This document shows positions 1 through 11,118 of a DNA stretch of 64,000 bases, in pieces. This stretch comes from Ginglymostoma cirratum. Lineage: Eukaryota. A program made the position numbers and the translations under genes. Location of the stretch: the NCBI GenBank assembly GCA_024137785.1, contig JAHRHZ010000110.1, positions 124,001-188,000 on the forward strand. The letters run 5' to 3'. The number at the start of each line of letters is the position of its first letter. The stretch's first letter is position 1. The notes beneath the pieces were generated by a model. The model was not told where the DNA came from. It did not search any database and saw only the letters and a list, made by a program, of their open reading frames with translations.

Positions 1-1126
1 TTTGCAGTGTCACTTGTGTTCCCCCTTAGAAACATGGGCAGGTCGAGCCTCATGTAATCTTTCCCTGTTGTAAACAGGCTATGGTTTTATAGCACCATCT
101 ACGCATTAAATCTTGGTCGGGGATTCCAAACACTAGGTTTAAAAACCAATGAGTTCATATCTTGCCATCATTTATTCTCGCTGTGTTCAAACTTTAACCA
201 AGTTTCCACAGTAATAATTCGTTAACCTCTGGAAGAAATGCTACCAAACACATCTGAAGAATTTCGGATTGATGGGTCTTGAAATTTTAAGGAGAAGGAA
301 GGGAAGTTTGCTCGAATCTATTTAGTTTGGAGATCTGCACACACATAAAATGATTGCGGTTGTCCATTGAAATGCTTCCCGACTCAGAGCTGTCTGAACC
401 TCAGTGAAGTTTCTTTAATAAACTCTCCCCGGGGCTTCCAGCTGCACCATGAGATCATGTGGTATGAACGGTGATGGCCTTCAACTATTGTGACGCAATA
501 ATAATGCTGGTTCCTGAATTAGTTGTGCGTCACGTGGTACTGAATCCTTCAATGAAAAGTAATTACATCCCCAGGTATTTACATGTGTACATTACAGTCA
601 TAGGCACTTCCATGTCTGACCTTAAGTTAAACAACTCTGGGGGTATTATTTTTCGATCAATGACATTCATGGCGCTTTTTCTCGATCAAGTTCGAGAAAT
701 ATTGTGTCTTGTTGACTGACTTTGTGGACAAAAACCGGAAAATGGAAGTGGAACCCAGTCCGTGTTTTTTTTAAACCCCTCAAAGATCATTTATGTCTCA
801 CTTTGTCTCTCCCGGATCCACCCCGTGACATACAGACTGGAATCAGTCCCCCCAGAAACAAGTTTAGAGTTGAATGTATGGAGAAGAAGGAGTAAATTCG
901 AGGAGAGGGAAGTTGAGACATTGATGTTGAGAAGGCAGAATGAGGGAGTCACAGGGAACGACAGACAGAGATAGGACAAAGTTGTTTAGAGGGACAGAGG
1001 AAGAGACAGCGAGAGAGAGATAAACAGTCATAAAGTTTTGACATTTGTTATCATTTAAAATTTACAAAAAAATCGTTGCGGTCTGACCACTTCCTTAATC
1101 CCGCACACCAGCCAACTCAAAAATGG

Positions 1127-1198
1127 GGGCCTGTGGCACAACCGTAGCGCGTCTCACTCTAGATCAGAAGGTTGCCTATTCAAGTCAAGTCAGGCTGC
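1127..1198 (+). pseudogene. tRNA-Trp-derived pseudogene, anticodon CCA->CTA
   Basis: ggcctgtggcacaaccgtagcgcgtctcactctagatcagaaggttgcctattcaagtcaagtcagg aligns end to end with vertebrate tRNA-Trp; stem and B-box mismatches. Confidence 0.85.
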
Positions 1199-1377
1199 TT
1201 GTGCTTTATTAAAAGATGAATTCCCCATCTTTTAAAATCGCAGCAGAGTTTGTTCTCTGCGGATGTATATTGTTCAATTTCTTCGTTCGATTACAGGCTA
1301 AATTTTGCTTCCAGATTCAGTTGTGTATAATGTTTCAGGCATGTGGTTTATCCATTGGTTGGGCAAGCATTGTAAGG

Positions 1378-1620
1378 GCTGCACGGTGCTTTAGTGATGG
1401 GCACTGCTGGCTTAAAGCCCCAGTGACATGAGTTTGATTCCAGCGCTGGGCGATTGTCTGTGTGGGTTTCCTCTGGTTTCCTCCCACAGTCCAAAGATGT
1501 GCAGACTCGTTGGATAAGCTATGCTAAATTAACCGTCGTGTTCAGGGAGGTTGAGATTTGCTTGGTTGTAAGGGGTTGGGTCGAATGGCCTGTTTTCAAA
1601 CTGTCCGGCTTCTATGATGA
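1378..1620 (+). mobile_element. HE1-type (V-SINE) shark SINE, internally deleted
   Basis: tRNA-like head gcacggtgctttagtg...gtttgattcc and V-domain gggtttcctctggtttcctcccacagtccaaagatgtgcag. Confidence 0.8.
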
Positions 1621-2102
1621 TTGTCTGAAATGCCCATTTCTCTCATTGTGAGAAATAAACCACAAACTGTTTACCATGAGGTTCAAATATATAGGCGTCT
1701 TCCTCTGAGCAATTGTTTCGTTCAATTGGTGACAGCGCGGTGTGAATAAACATTACCCTGATATTTTAGGGCTTAATGTACAGACACCCAATTTTTATGT
1801 TGCAGTCGATCAGGAGATTCCAGCTCCTTCTCTAATAGCAAATTGACAGTGAGTTCAGAAAGAATTGTTTCGAAGCAACTACCTGCCACTGAACACAGTT
1901 AAAGAAATCTTTATTCAACAGCAGGGACAAGAACCACAGTCTGACAGCCCCTGTCCCCATTAAGGGTGAGCCTTAATTTTATGAACTGTGTCAGTAAATC
2001 CAAAAGCGGATGTTTATTTGTTTCAATTCGTCATTTAACAAAATTATTTGACCTGTTGGACGCAGCTATCTGAAACATTGCGGGGAATAACTGAAGTGTC
2101 CT

Positions 2103-2230
2103 GACTTCACCCGAGTAAGGATCAGCTCTCCGAAATCTTAGGGTTTCAAAGAAATGTGTTGGACTATAACCTGGTGTAGTGCAGCTTCTGACTTTGTCCA
2201 ACCTAGCCCATCGCGGCACCACCACATCAT
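2103..2230 (+). mobile_element. Short Penelope-derived repeat with degenerate hammerhead core
   Basis: tgttggactataacctggtgtagtg...ctgactttgtcc; same family as 3016, 34798, 46050, 50240, 62125. Confidence 0.65.
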
Positions 2231-3013
2231 GATAAAGAAATTACTCAGTGATTCCAAGGACTGTTTGGTTTTCCATCTGGCCTGTAACATGCACTTTCGA
2301 GATGATTTAAAAATATATTTAGTACTGTTGTGTGATATTCCGTTGTGAAATGTGCTCCAGCTGTGTCAATATAACCTTTGTCTAACTTCCCACATTCTGT
2401 TGTTCGAACACGAGGAAGTTTTCTGATTCAGTATGTGAATGTTCCTGCTCGAGAAAGTGCAACTGTTGACCTACTCTTGGGAAATAAGACCGGGGAGGTG
2501 ACTGAGGGGTCGGTGGGGGTACACTTTGGGGTCAGCAACCCTAATTCTATTAGGTTTAAAACAGTTGTGGAAAAGGATAAACTGGATCTAAAAGTTAATG
2601 TTTTAATTGGAGGAAGACCAATTTTGAGAGTATTAGGCAAGAAGTTTCAAAAGTTGATTGGCAGTGGAGGTTTGAAGGTAAAGGGATGGTAGAAAATTGA
2701 AAGTCCTCAAAAATGAGTCAAAGGAAATCCAGAGACAATATGTTCCTGTTTAGGTGAAGGGCAAGGCTGGTAGGTGTAAGGAATACTGGATGACTGGAGG
2801 AACTGTGGCTTTGATAAAGAATAAGATAATGTTAAGGAGAATACGAAGGGATTCTGCAAATACATTACGGTCAAAAAGGTAACCAGGGAGAGAGTATGGG
2901 CCCTTAAAGGTCAGAAAGGCCACCTATGTGTGGAAACGCAGGAGATGGGGGAGATACTAAACCAGTACTATGCATCAGTCTTTACCGTGTGGAAAGATTT
3001 CGAAGATAGACAT

Positions 3014-3505
3014 GATGTGGTGGTGCCGGTGTTGGACTGGGGTGGACAAGGTCAGTAATCGCATGACACCAGGTTATATTCTAACACGTCCATTTGAAAA
3101 CACAAACATCTCAGAGTCTTATTCCTTCTTCAGGTGTTGGTGAGAGAGGTAGTATAAGAAACAAAAAAATGTAAGTAAAAGATCAAAGGTTCAAGCCACT
3201 GACGAGGATGTACTACACTACACTAAGATGCTGTTAAATCTTTAATCAGTTAGATGTTAGAAGGTGGACACTGATAAAACCTTTAAATCTCTCATGACAG
3301 TGACTTCAATGTAACTTGGGGATTTACACATACATATTAATCAATTAAAACCTTCTGACTGGTTAAAGCTTTCACAGGTTTGTTCAGTGAATCCTCATTA
3401 GTGGTATGACCGTTTGACCTTTTACCAATAAATTCTGTGTCTGATACTTGTGATTTGAAATAAACCTGTTGGAATATAACCTGATGTCGTGTGATTTCTG
3501 ACCTT
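3014..3505. mobile_element. Penelope-derived element with inverted termini, nested in CR1
   Basis: Left acaccaggttatattctaaca is mirrored by right tgttggaatataacctgatgt; it interrupts CR1 between similar gaagata...catg motifs. Confidence 0.7.
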
Positions 3506-4697
3506 GGAAGATAATGAACATGGGGAAATAGATGGCGACAAGTAAAAAAGTGTCCAAACTGCAGAACAGGATTCGCTGGACATCTTACAAAGGCATATAG
3601 GTGGATAGACCGCTGGGACCTGATCACGTGCACCCTAGAACTCTGTGAGAAGCCAGGAAAATAGTTGGTAGGTCACTTGCTGAGATATTTGGACCGTCGA
3701 TAGCCAAAGAATAGGTGCCAGAAGACTGTACATTGGCCATAGTGGAGCCATTACTTAAGAAAGGTCGTAAGGAGAAACTAAGGAATTATAGATTGGTGAC
3801 CTGGCATTCGTGGCGGGAAAGTTGTTGCAGGGAATCCTGAGTGATAAAACTTACATGTGGGAATGCAAGGACTGTTTAGGGATAGTCAATATGGCTTTGT
3901 GCATTGGAAATCGTGTCTCACGAACTTGACTGAGTCTTTTGAAGAAGGAACAAAGACGAGTGATGAAGGAGCAGCGTGGTGGACGAGATCTATATGTACA
4001 CAATAAGGTGTTCGACAAGGTTCCTAACAGTAGATGAGTTATCAAGGTTGGATCACATGGAATGCAGGGAAAAGTAGCAATTTGGTTACAGAACTGGCTC
4101 GAAAGTAGAAGGCAAAAGGATGGTAATGGAGGGTTGCATTTCAGACTGGGGGTCTGTGACAAGCGGTGTGCTGTAAGATTGGCGCTGTATCCACTGCCTT
4201 TTGTCCTTTTATGTACATGATTTGGATGTGAAGATAGGAGTTATGGTTAGTGAATTTGCAGATGACACCAAAATTGGAGGTGTAGCGGACAGTGAAGAAG
4301 GTTACCTCAGAGTGCAACATGATCTTGATCAGATGGGGCAATGGGCCAAGGAATAACAGATGGAGTTTAATTTAGTTAAATGTGACGTTCCGCATTTTGG
4401 AAAGGCAAATCAGAGGAGTAACTAGACATTTAGTGGTCAGATTCTGGGGAGTGTTGCTGAACAAAGAGACCTTGGAGTGAAGGTTCATATTTACTTGAAA
4501 GTGGAGTCAGAGGTAGACAGTTTGAAAGAGAGGTTTATTGCTCAGTGCATTGAGTGTAGAAAATTAGGAGGTCATGTTGCTATTGTATAGGACATTGGTT
4601 AGGCCTCTCTTGTAACACTGTTCAATTCTGGCCTCCCTGCTACAGGAAGGATGTTATGAAATTTGAAAGGGTTCAGAAAATATTTACAGGGATGTTG

Positions 4698-5162
4698 TAT
4701 CAGAGATAAAAGGTACTGCAGATGCTGGAGAATCCGAGATAACAAGCATGGGGCTGGATGAACACAGCAGGTCAAGCAGCATCATAGGAGCAGGAAAACT
4801 TGACGTTTCGGGCCTAAACCCTTCATCAGAAATGGGGGAGGGGAAGAGGGTTCTGAAATAAATAGGGAGAGAGGGGGAGGCGGATAGAGGATGGATAGAG
4901 GAGAGGATAGGTGGAGAGGAGGCAGACAAGTCGAAGAGGCGGGGATGGAGCCAGTAAAGCTGAGTGTAGGTAGGGGGGTAGGGAGGAGATAGGTCAGTCC
5001 AGGGAGGACGGACAGGTCAAGGGGGCGGGATGATGTTAGTAGATAGGATATGGGGGTGTGGCTTGAGGTGAGAGGAAAAACAGGTTAGGGAGGTGGAGAT
5101 GAGCTGGGCTGGTTTTGGGATGCGGTAGGGGGAGGGGAGATTTTGAAGCTTGTGAAATCCAC
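4698..5162 (-). mobile_element. Penelope-like terminal-repeat element nested in CR1, 16-bp target-site duplication
   Basis: Flanked by atttacagggatgttg at 4682-4697 and 5163-5178; contains hammerhead core at 4802-4829 (-). Confidence 0.85.
4802..4829 (-). ncRNA. Minimal hammerhead ribozyme core (Penelope-type)
   Basis: Minus strand CTGATGA-a-GGGT-ttag-GCCC-GAAAC-GTC: intact core, stem II, palindromic ACGT and GUC triplet. Confidence 0.7.
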
Positions 5163-5787
5163 ATTTACAGGGATGTTGCCAGGTTTCGCGGGTTTTGGAC
5201 GAGAGAGAGAGGTTGAATAGACTGGAGCTATTTTCACTGGAGTATCGGAGGCTAAGGGGTGACTTTGTAGAGGTTTTATCAAATCATGTAGGGTATTGAT
5301 AAGGAAAGTAGATAAGGTCCTATCTTCGGTGTCGGGGAGTCCAAAGCTAAAGGGCATAGGTTTAACGTGAGAGGGGAAATACTTAAAAGGCACTTAAGAG
5401 GCAATTGTTTCATGCAAAGGGTGGTGCGTGTATGGAACGAGCTGCCATAGGGAGTGGTGGATGCTGGTACAATTACAACATTTAAAAGGCATCTGGGTGG
5501 GTATGTTAGTGGAAGGAATTAGAGGGATCTGGCCATAATGCTGGCAAATGGGATTACATTACTTTAGGTTATCTGGGAGGAATGGACGAGGTGGACCGAA
5601 GGGTCTGTGTTCGTACTGTATTTCTCTACAACTCTATGACTCTACCAATGTTAATTTCACACAGAAACAAAAAATTGTAACAGCTCAGATGGAGCCATGC
5701 AGCTCACCTTAGCTCTGCTGGCTCTCCACAATGAGGAAACACGTGTCTCTTTTTGTTTCATTCACTTGCCTTCTCCCTGTTACTGTA

Positions 5788-6050
5788 AGCGGGACATTCT
5801 CGGCGGCATGGCTTGGGCTGGGAAGCCCGGAGAGGGACACACTCAGCAGCATAGCGTGGCCTGGGAAGCCCGGAGAGGGCCACTCTCGGCGACGGTATGC
5901 CGTAGGACTGGAGAAGGAAAAGTTGGATTCTCTCTTAGTTATTTATTTTTAAAAAAATTTTATTCTAAGTCAGTGTGAATGACTCCTATGTACAAGCGAC
6001 GTTACACACTTTCCACATTATTTTTATCTTGAATGCTCGTGACAATAAAG
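5788..6050 (+). mobile_element. Short non-autonomous retroposon fragment with internal duplication
   Basis: ctgggaagcccggagaggg twice; ends in gtgacaataaa, a LINE-type 3' tail. Confidence 0.45.
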
Positions 6051-6079
6051 GATATTTTGTTCCAACTCTGCACATTGTT

Positions 6080-6500
6080 ACTTTTACCATAACCATTTAA
6101 ATCCCTTTTATATCGATTGAATCTGACTCTGTCACTCTCAGATAGTGTTTTTCAGTAAGTTACCACTCCCTGTGTCTAAACTTTCTTCCCCTTATCAGTT
6201 TTACTTCTTTTCCTAATGGCTTTAAATCTCTGCCTAACCGTTCTCGATCCTTTCAGGGATGGGAGCATTCTCACCCTTTTATTTCCTCTGTCCATAGACC
6301 ACATAACTTGGAAAGCTTCAATGAGACCAGCATTCAGTCTCCTGTCCTCCATGGAGAACTGTCACAACTTTCCAATCTGACTTCATTGCTGACATTTCTC
6401 ATACACGGCACTATTCACGGGAACCTATTCAACACTGTGTCCGATCACTTCACCTCCCCGCTTCCTGATGTTTCACGCCCAGAACTGACAAACAATGCAG
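6080..6500 (-). mobile_element. Old CR1 3' fragment
   Basis: Degenerate reverse complement of the CR1 RT C-terminus and 3' UTR. Confidence 0.55.
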
Positions 6501-6818
6501 CTGGAGGATTCACCCGGAGTCGGATTGAGTGCACGCACATTCTGAAACACTTGATTTTTCTTTTAATAAGTGTTTTCCTTTGCCCTGTTCGCTATTATGA
6601 TAGCTCTGTCCCATCCCGACGTCAACCAGTCCTACCTCATTTAACGAAGCTGCTTTCTCAAAAACTAATTGCAAGTTTTGGCAAAAGTGATAAGTTTAGA
6701 CTTTATTATAATGCCGACTGTTCGAGACCTTTTCGTCAGACAGACTGACAAGAAGTGGATTTCAGCTCCGTTCTATAGAAACGCATAAAATTCAAGAGAA
6801 GGAAAGGTGGACAAACAT

Positions 6819-6900
6819 CGACCAAAGTGGGATTTAAACTCACACGTGCAAGGCATAATGGATTAATAATCCATTGCTTTAACCTCTTGGCCATCTCAAA
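6819..6900 (-). pseudogene. tRNA-Ser(GCT)-derived pseudogene
   Basis: cgaccaaagtgggatttaaactcacacgtgcaaggcataatggattaataatccattgctttaacctcttggccatc matches revcomp Ser-GCT; anticodon mutated. Confidence 0.85.
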
Positions 6901-6996
6901 GTTGATATTAAAGAGGCTTCCTATGATCATATCCAAACAGCTGAGTAAATTCCTCAGAGCGGCAGACATTTCTCCTGGTGTCAGTAAAATGATAAA

Positions 6997-7072
6997 CAGC
7001 AGAGGACGTGTCTAAGAGTATGGTATGACATCTGGAGGATGGGACTCACGCGGTCTTAATGAGACACTTGCT
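6997..7072 (-). pseudogene. initiator tRNA-Met remnant
   Basis: cagcagaggac...gacatctggaggatgggac...cacttgct; syntenic with the iMet-Ser pair at 42031-42270. Confidence 0.55.
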
Positions 7073-7606
7073 CGCATAATTGAAACATTTTTTTAAAAAA
7101 AGCTCAGGGTCAAGATCTGTAGGATCGAATTCTGTGAAGAATTGAAGCTGATGGAATGAAAAGCCCCGTGACAGCGGGGACGTAACGTTGTCTGTGAGGA
7201 ATTCTCTTCCAGACTCGAGGAGAATACACAGTGTTGTTCCCAGGATTCACTATTGGGCTTACCTCTCTTCTGGACAATTATGAACGTCCCGCACGGATTC
7301 AGAGCGACCAATTTCTAACTCCTAATTAGGCAAAACTGACATTGAACCAAACAACGCAAAAAGTTCCAGAAACTAACGTCTTCCAATGGAGTGTGTTTCG
7401 GTTAACATCGCCGTTTGTCATTTTCCTGATCATGATGCTTTAAGAATCATTGGTGTATATTCATAAAAGCTACTCTGGGCAAGGTTTCATGTCACAACCT
7501 CGGCATTTCACGCATCTGTCTCTGTGTGTCTTCTTGCAATATTAATTGATCCCTTAATATGTTTCTTTAGCACATATTAGGAGGAAAAGGCAGGACTAAC
7601 AGTCAG

Positions 7607-7678
7607 TGCAGTGACTCAAGTTCGAGCCGAGATTGTTATTGCCGCAACACAGAGTATTAATTACAACGCAATCAGGGA
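7607..7678 (-). pseudogene. tRNA-His-derived pseudogene
   Basis: tgcagtgactcaagttcgagccgagattg...gccgcaacacagagtattaa matches revcomp His-GTG. Confidence 0.8.
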
Positions 7679-9229
7679 GCCACATATAGACCCGACAGAC
7701 AGTGAAAGACAATTGCGTGCTAGAGAGTGTGCCAGAAGCAGCACCAGACACACAATATCAACAATTGCCAAACAGCAGATTGAGATGGGGAACACAGAAT
7801 GCCAGGAATCTTTGAAATTCATGGTCCGAGAGGTTACGAAAGCTCCGTGTTGAATCTGTAAAAGATCGAGATGAATAGATTTCTACAGAGTAAAAACATT
7901 AAGAGCTCATGGGATAGTGCAGCAAAGTAGTGTTGAAGTAGAAACTCATTCGTGATCTCATTGAACGGTGTGGTGTGCTCGAAGTTGGCAACTTATGTCT
8001 GGAGGATGAAAATCAGTTGATAGAATTGTTTCGAATTGAAGTTTTCACTGCATTGAGGAAGCTGAGGAAGATACAGAGTAAACTCATTCAGATGTGACGA
8101 CCGGAGCAACAGATACCTTTTCTTCAGCACTCGTGAAATTGCACAGCACAGAGGAGAAATGTGATGCATAGAATTTGGGTTGTTGGGCCCAGCAACCTTT
8201 CAGAAGACGGGCTTACTTGGGTGAAAGACATCAAAACGAATATGGATGGCGTTTACTGGTATATAAAGGCAGCATAAAAAAATCAGGAATGGGATTTACT
8301 CTGATTTAAAGACGTTAGAAAGGACACAGGCAGGGTTTACTCGGATATAACGACATTTTGAAGGATGAGGTTCACTGGGCTGAGGGAAATGGTGAAGGAT
8401 CACGCGGGTGGAAAACAGGAAAGACTGAGCGGTGACTATTGCCAATTTACCAGATGGTGGGAGGTTGGTGAGAGCAGATCAGTGGGAAATACCCCGTTTC
8501 GAATGAGTCGATAAAAATAGTTCAGAGATTCAAACTCAACAGTGAACGACCAAGAAAAGTTTGGAGCAACATTTTTATTTCGTCAGACCTATTCATGTAG
8601 GGAACGATTTTCGAAAAAAAAAAGAAGCTGATTCCAGATTTCTTTTAAAAGGCAAGTGTAAGAACTTGGTAAGTGTAACCGAATAAGACTAAGTGTAGAC
8701 AGAGCTTATAGTTTTTATAGGTGTGGCAGCCTGTTCCATGTGAACGATTATAAATTGCAACAGAGCTGAGCTGTGTGGTTTTGCTCTCCAGAACTCTCTG
8801 TTCTTTACCGCAGCTCTTAAATTTTCTTTGCAAGTTGTCGCCAAATTTGATGACAACATTCAAAAGGCCCATTGAGATAAATCGATTTCCTTTCGATTAT
8901 TATAATGACCTGTGCGAGTTTGCAGGGAAGTATTTAATATGGAACAGACTAAACAGCCATTCCCAGAATTAAAATCAGTGGAGGACCAAAAGATGAGAAT
9001 GTGAATTGAGCTAAAACCCCAACTTTGTTTCTCTGTCCACAGATGGCTCTTCACTTGGGGAATATTTGTAGCTTTTTGATTGATAATTGAGAAATTTCCC
9101 AAGGACAGAACACTGCCCAAAGTCAGAAAGTGATTTTTTTTCCAATAAATTCTCTTTTGCTTAACATTGCTGTATGATATTTCCCGCAATCTGATGCCCC
9201 AATAATCCCTGCTCCACGTCAATAAAGGC

Positions 9230-9325
9230 TGCTCCGGGTGAGGTTAGAGGTCACAGTCTCGGCAATTCACGCGCCTCTATAACGTCATAGAAGGACTGCG
9301 CGCTCACCGATTGCAACACTGCAGC
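9230..9325 (-). pseudogene. Intron-containing tRNA-Ile(TAT)-derived gene, anticodon TCT
   Basis: Revcomp gctgcagtgttgcaatcggtgagcgcgcagtccttcta[22-nt intron]ttgccgagactgtgacctctaacctcacccggagca. Confidence 0.85.
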
Positions 9326-9771
9326 CACAGAGGAGCTCCGCGCGCTCATTGCCATCTCCATTTCCGGTTGCATCTTCGCGGCTGGGCTACTGAGTTTCTA
9401 TGATTCTGGGCCTGGGAACTGGGATTAAATGGTCGTCTGCTGCAGTGGTTACTTACTGGTGAGAGGGAACTGGTGATGTAACAGATGTTAAACTGCATTG
9501 CGGTTGAAAAATACATTGCAACAACATCCTGTATTATCGCCTGAGACTTTGATGGTCTGTAGAAATTTATCAATCTCAGTCTTCAAAATACTCAATGATG
9601 GAGTTTCCACACCCTCTGGGAGCGTCGATGTTACAGATTCCAGCCTTTTGTGTACCCCCATATTCAAGTGCACTACTTAGAAATAATTCCAATTGTGGAT
9701 CTGGTGCTGTTCCTGACATATCCTCTGATAAAATGGTTGCTGCTCTGCCCAAGCAGGCTATTTCGTGTGGT

Positions 9772-9843
9772 ACCACAATCATATAATGGTTTGTGCTGTG
9801 CTTTCTAGCCGTAGAAACCTTCTTTCGAATCTCAGTCACGGTA
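9772..9843 (+). pseudogene. tRNA-His-derived pseudogene (anticodon position reads CTA)
   Basis: accacaatcatataatggtttgtgctgtgctttctagccgtagaaaccttctttcgaatctcagtcacggta. Confidence 0.8.
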
Positions 9844-10419
9844 GTGGGTGTTTGTTGCCATGTTATAATTCCTTGTGACACGTTCTACAGAGATGCGGCA
9901 AACTATCGAACATTTTTACGTGAAAATATTGTTTGAGGTGGTGACAATCATCTGTCAAACCGCACTCTCTCGCATATCTGCGTTTGAATTCAAACCCACC
10001 ACTTGGAGATTTCTCTCCTCCCACAATCACTAACTCCCCTTTGTATCCCTCCTTCCACCTCACTGCACAATCTGACATCTATTTTCACATTGATATCGTT
10101 CACTCTACTCTGTCCTGTTGCCGTCAGTGTTGTGAACGTGGCCCATCTGACCACCGGGAGAGTTACGCCAGATGAATATTTGAGATGCTGCAGTTGTGAG
10201 ATCAAAACGCATGTAGCAGCTTTTGCTGATATGGACCAATAATTATTGGAGCGTCAGACTCAGGAAAACGACACAGGGCAATATTGAGCAAAATAGACTT
10301 CATTGGAAAAGACCAGTTTCTGTGGTTTTCTGCATTATTTCTTTCATTTGTTCATTTGGCTACAGCTAGAGTATTGTAACAGTTATTTAATTCACATTAT
10401 TGCGGGGATTCCATAGACG

Positions 10420-10850
10420 AGAAACGGTGCAAAAGAGATTTACTCGGATATTGTTTGGGCTGAAGAGTTTCAATAATGAGGAGAGTTTGAACAGACTGTG
10501 ATTGTTTTCCTTAGAACAGAGGAGATATACAAAATAATGAGTGACATTGATAGGGTAGATTCATTTTAAACACTTCCTCTTGATGGAGGGATTGAACACC
10601 AGGGGACATAGATTTAATGTAAGAGTAAGAAAGTTTTGAGTAAATGTGCAGAAAAAAAGTTTTCAGCCAGCGGGTGTTTGGAATCTGGAAGCCAGTGCCT
10701 GTAAGTGTCCTCGAGGCAGATACCCTGATGACTTTAAGAAACATTCAGATGTGAATTTTGATGCTAAGGCATTGATGGCGATGGGCTGAGCAATAGAAAT
10801 AGAATTTGGACACTTCAGCGATTGTATTTGATTGGTGCACACGTAAAGGG
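10420..10850 (+). mobile_element. CR1 3' fragment
   Basis: agagatttactcggatattg...gaggagagtttgaacagactg...caggggacatagatttaatgtaagag. Confidence 0.75.
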
Positions 10851-10882
10851 CATAACGGGGGGTTGGGGGACTGCCGTCGACA

Positions 10883-10954
10883 TCCTCGACAAGAAAGTGG
10901 TTAGTATCCTTGCGTGTCATGCCAGAGACGAGGGGTCAATTCCCCCCATGGTGG
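10883..10954 (+). pseudogene. tRNA-Asp(GTC) pseudogene
   Basis: tcctcgacaagaaagtggttagtatccttgcgtgtcatgccagagacgaggggtcaattcccc. Confidence 0.8.
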
Positions 10955-10999
10955 GTAGAAGCATTTTGGAGGCCTTTCAGCAAAAGGGACCAAGCTTCA

Positions 11000-11118
11000 G
11001 CTGATGTCTGCGTGGAGTTTGCACGTTCGCATGTTCTCACGTTCTCACCATGTCTGCGCCGGAGTGCTTGAGTTTCTTTCCACAGTCTAAACATATGCAG
11101 GCTTGGTGATTTGGACAC
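11000..11118 (+). mobile_element. HE1-type SINE 5' part (continues at about 13420-13500)
   Basis: gtctgcgtggagtttgcacgttc...ccacagtctaaacatatgcagg; 3' part atgggaaattgcgccattgtgtgtggggatgtccagg follows the CR1. Confidence 0.7.

Larger units (their letters stand above)
2360..5645 (+). mobile_element. CR1 LINE ORF2 (endonuclease end to RT and 3' UTR), degenerate, with two nested insertions
   Basis: PARESATVDLLLGN motif; RT segment tttgcagatgacaccaaaattggagg (FADDTKIGG); 3' tail ctctatgactct at about 5632-5643; many stops and frameshifts. Confidence 0.92.

Noticed and set aside
9240-9390. CpG-rich promoter-like patch
   Set aside because: Explained by the minus-strand Ile-derived tRNA and its cassette flank (mirror of 31800-31980).
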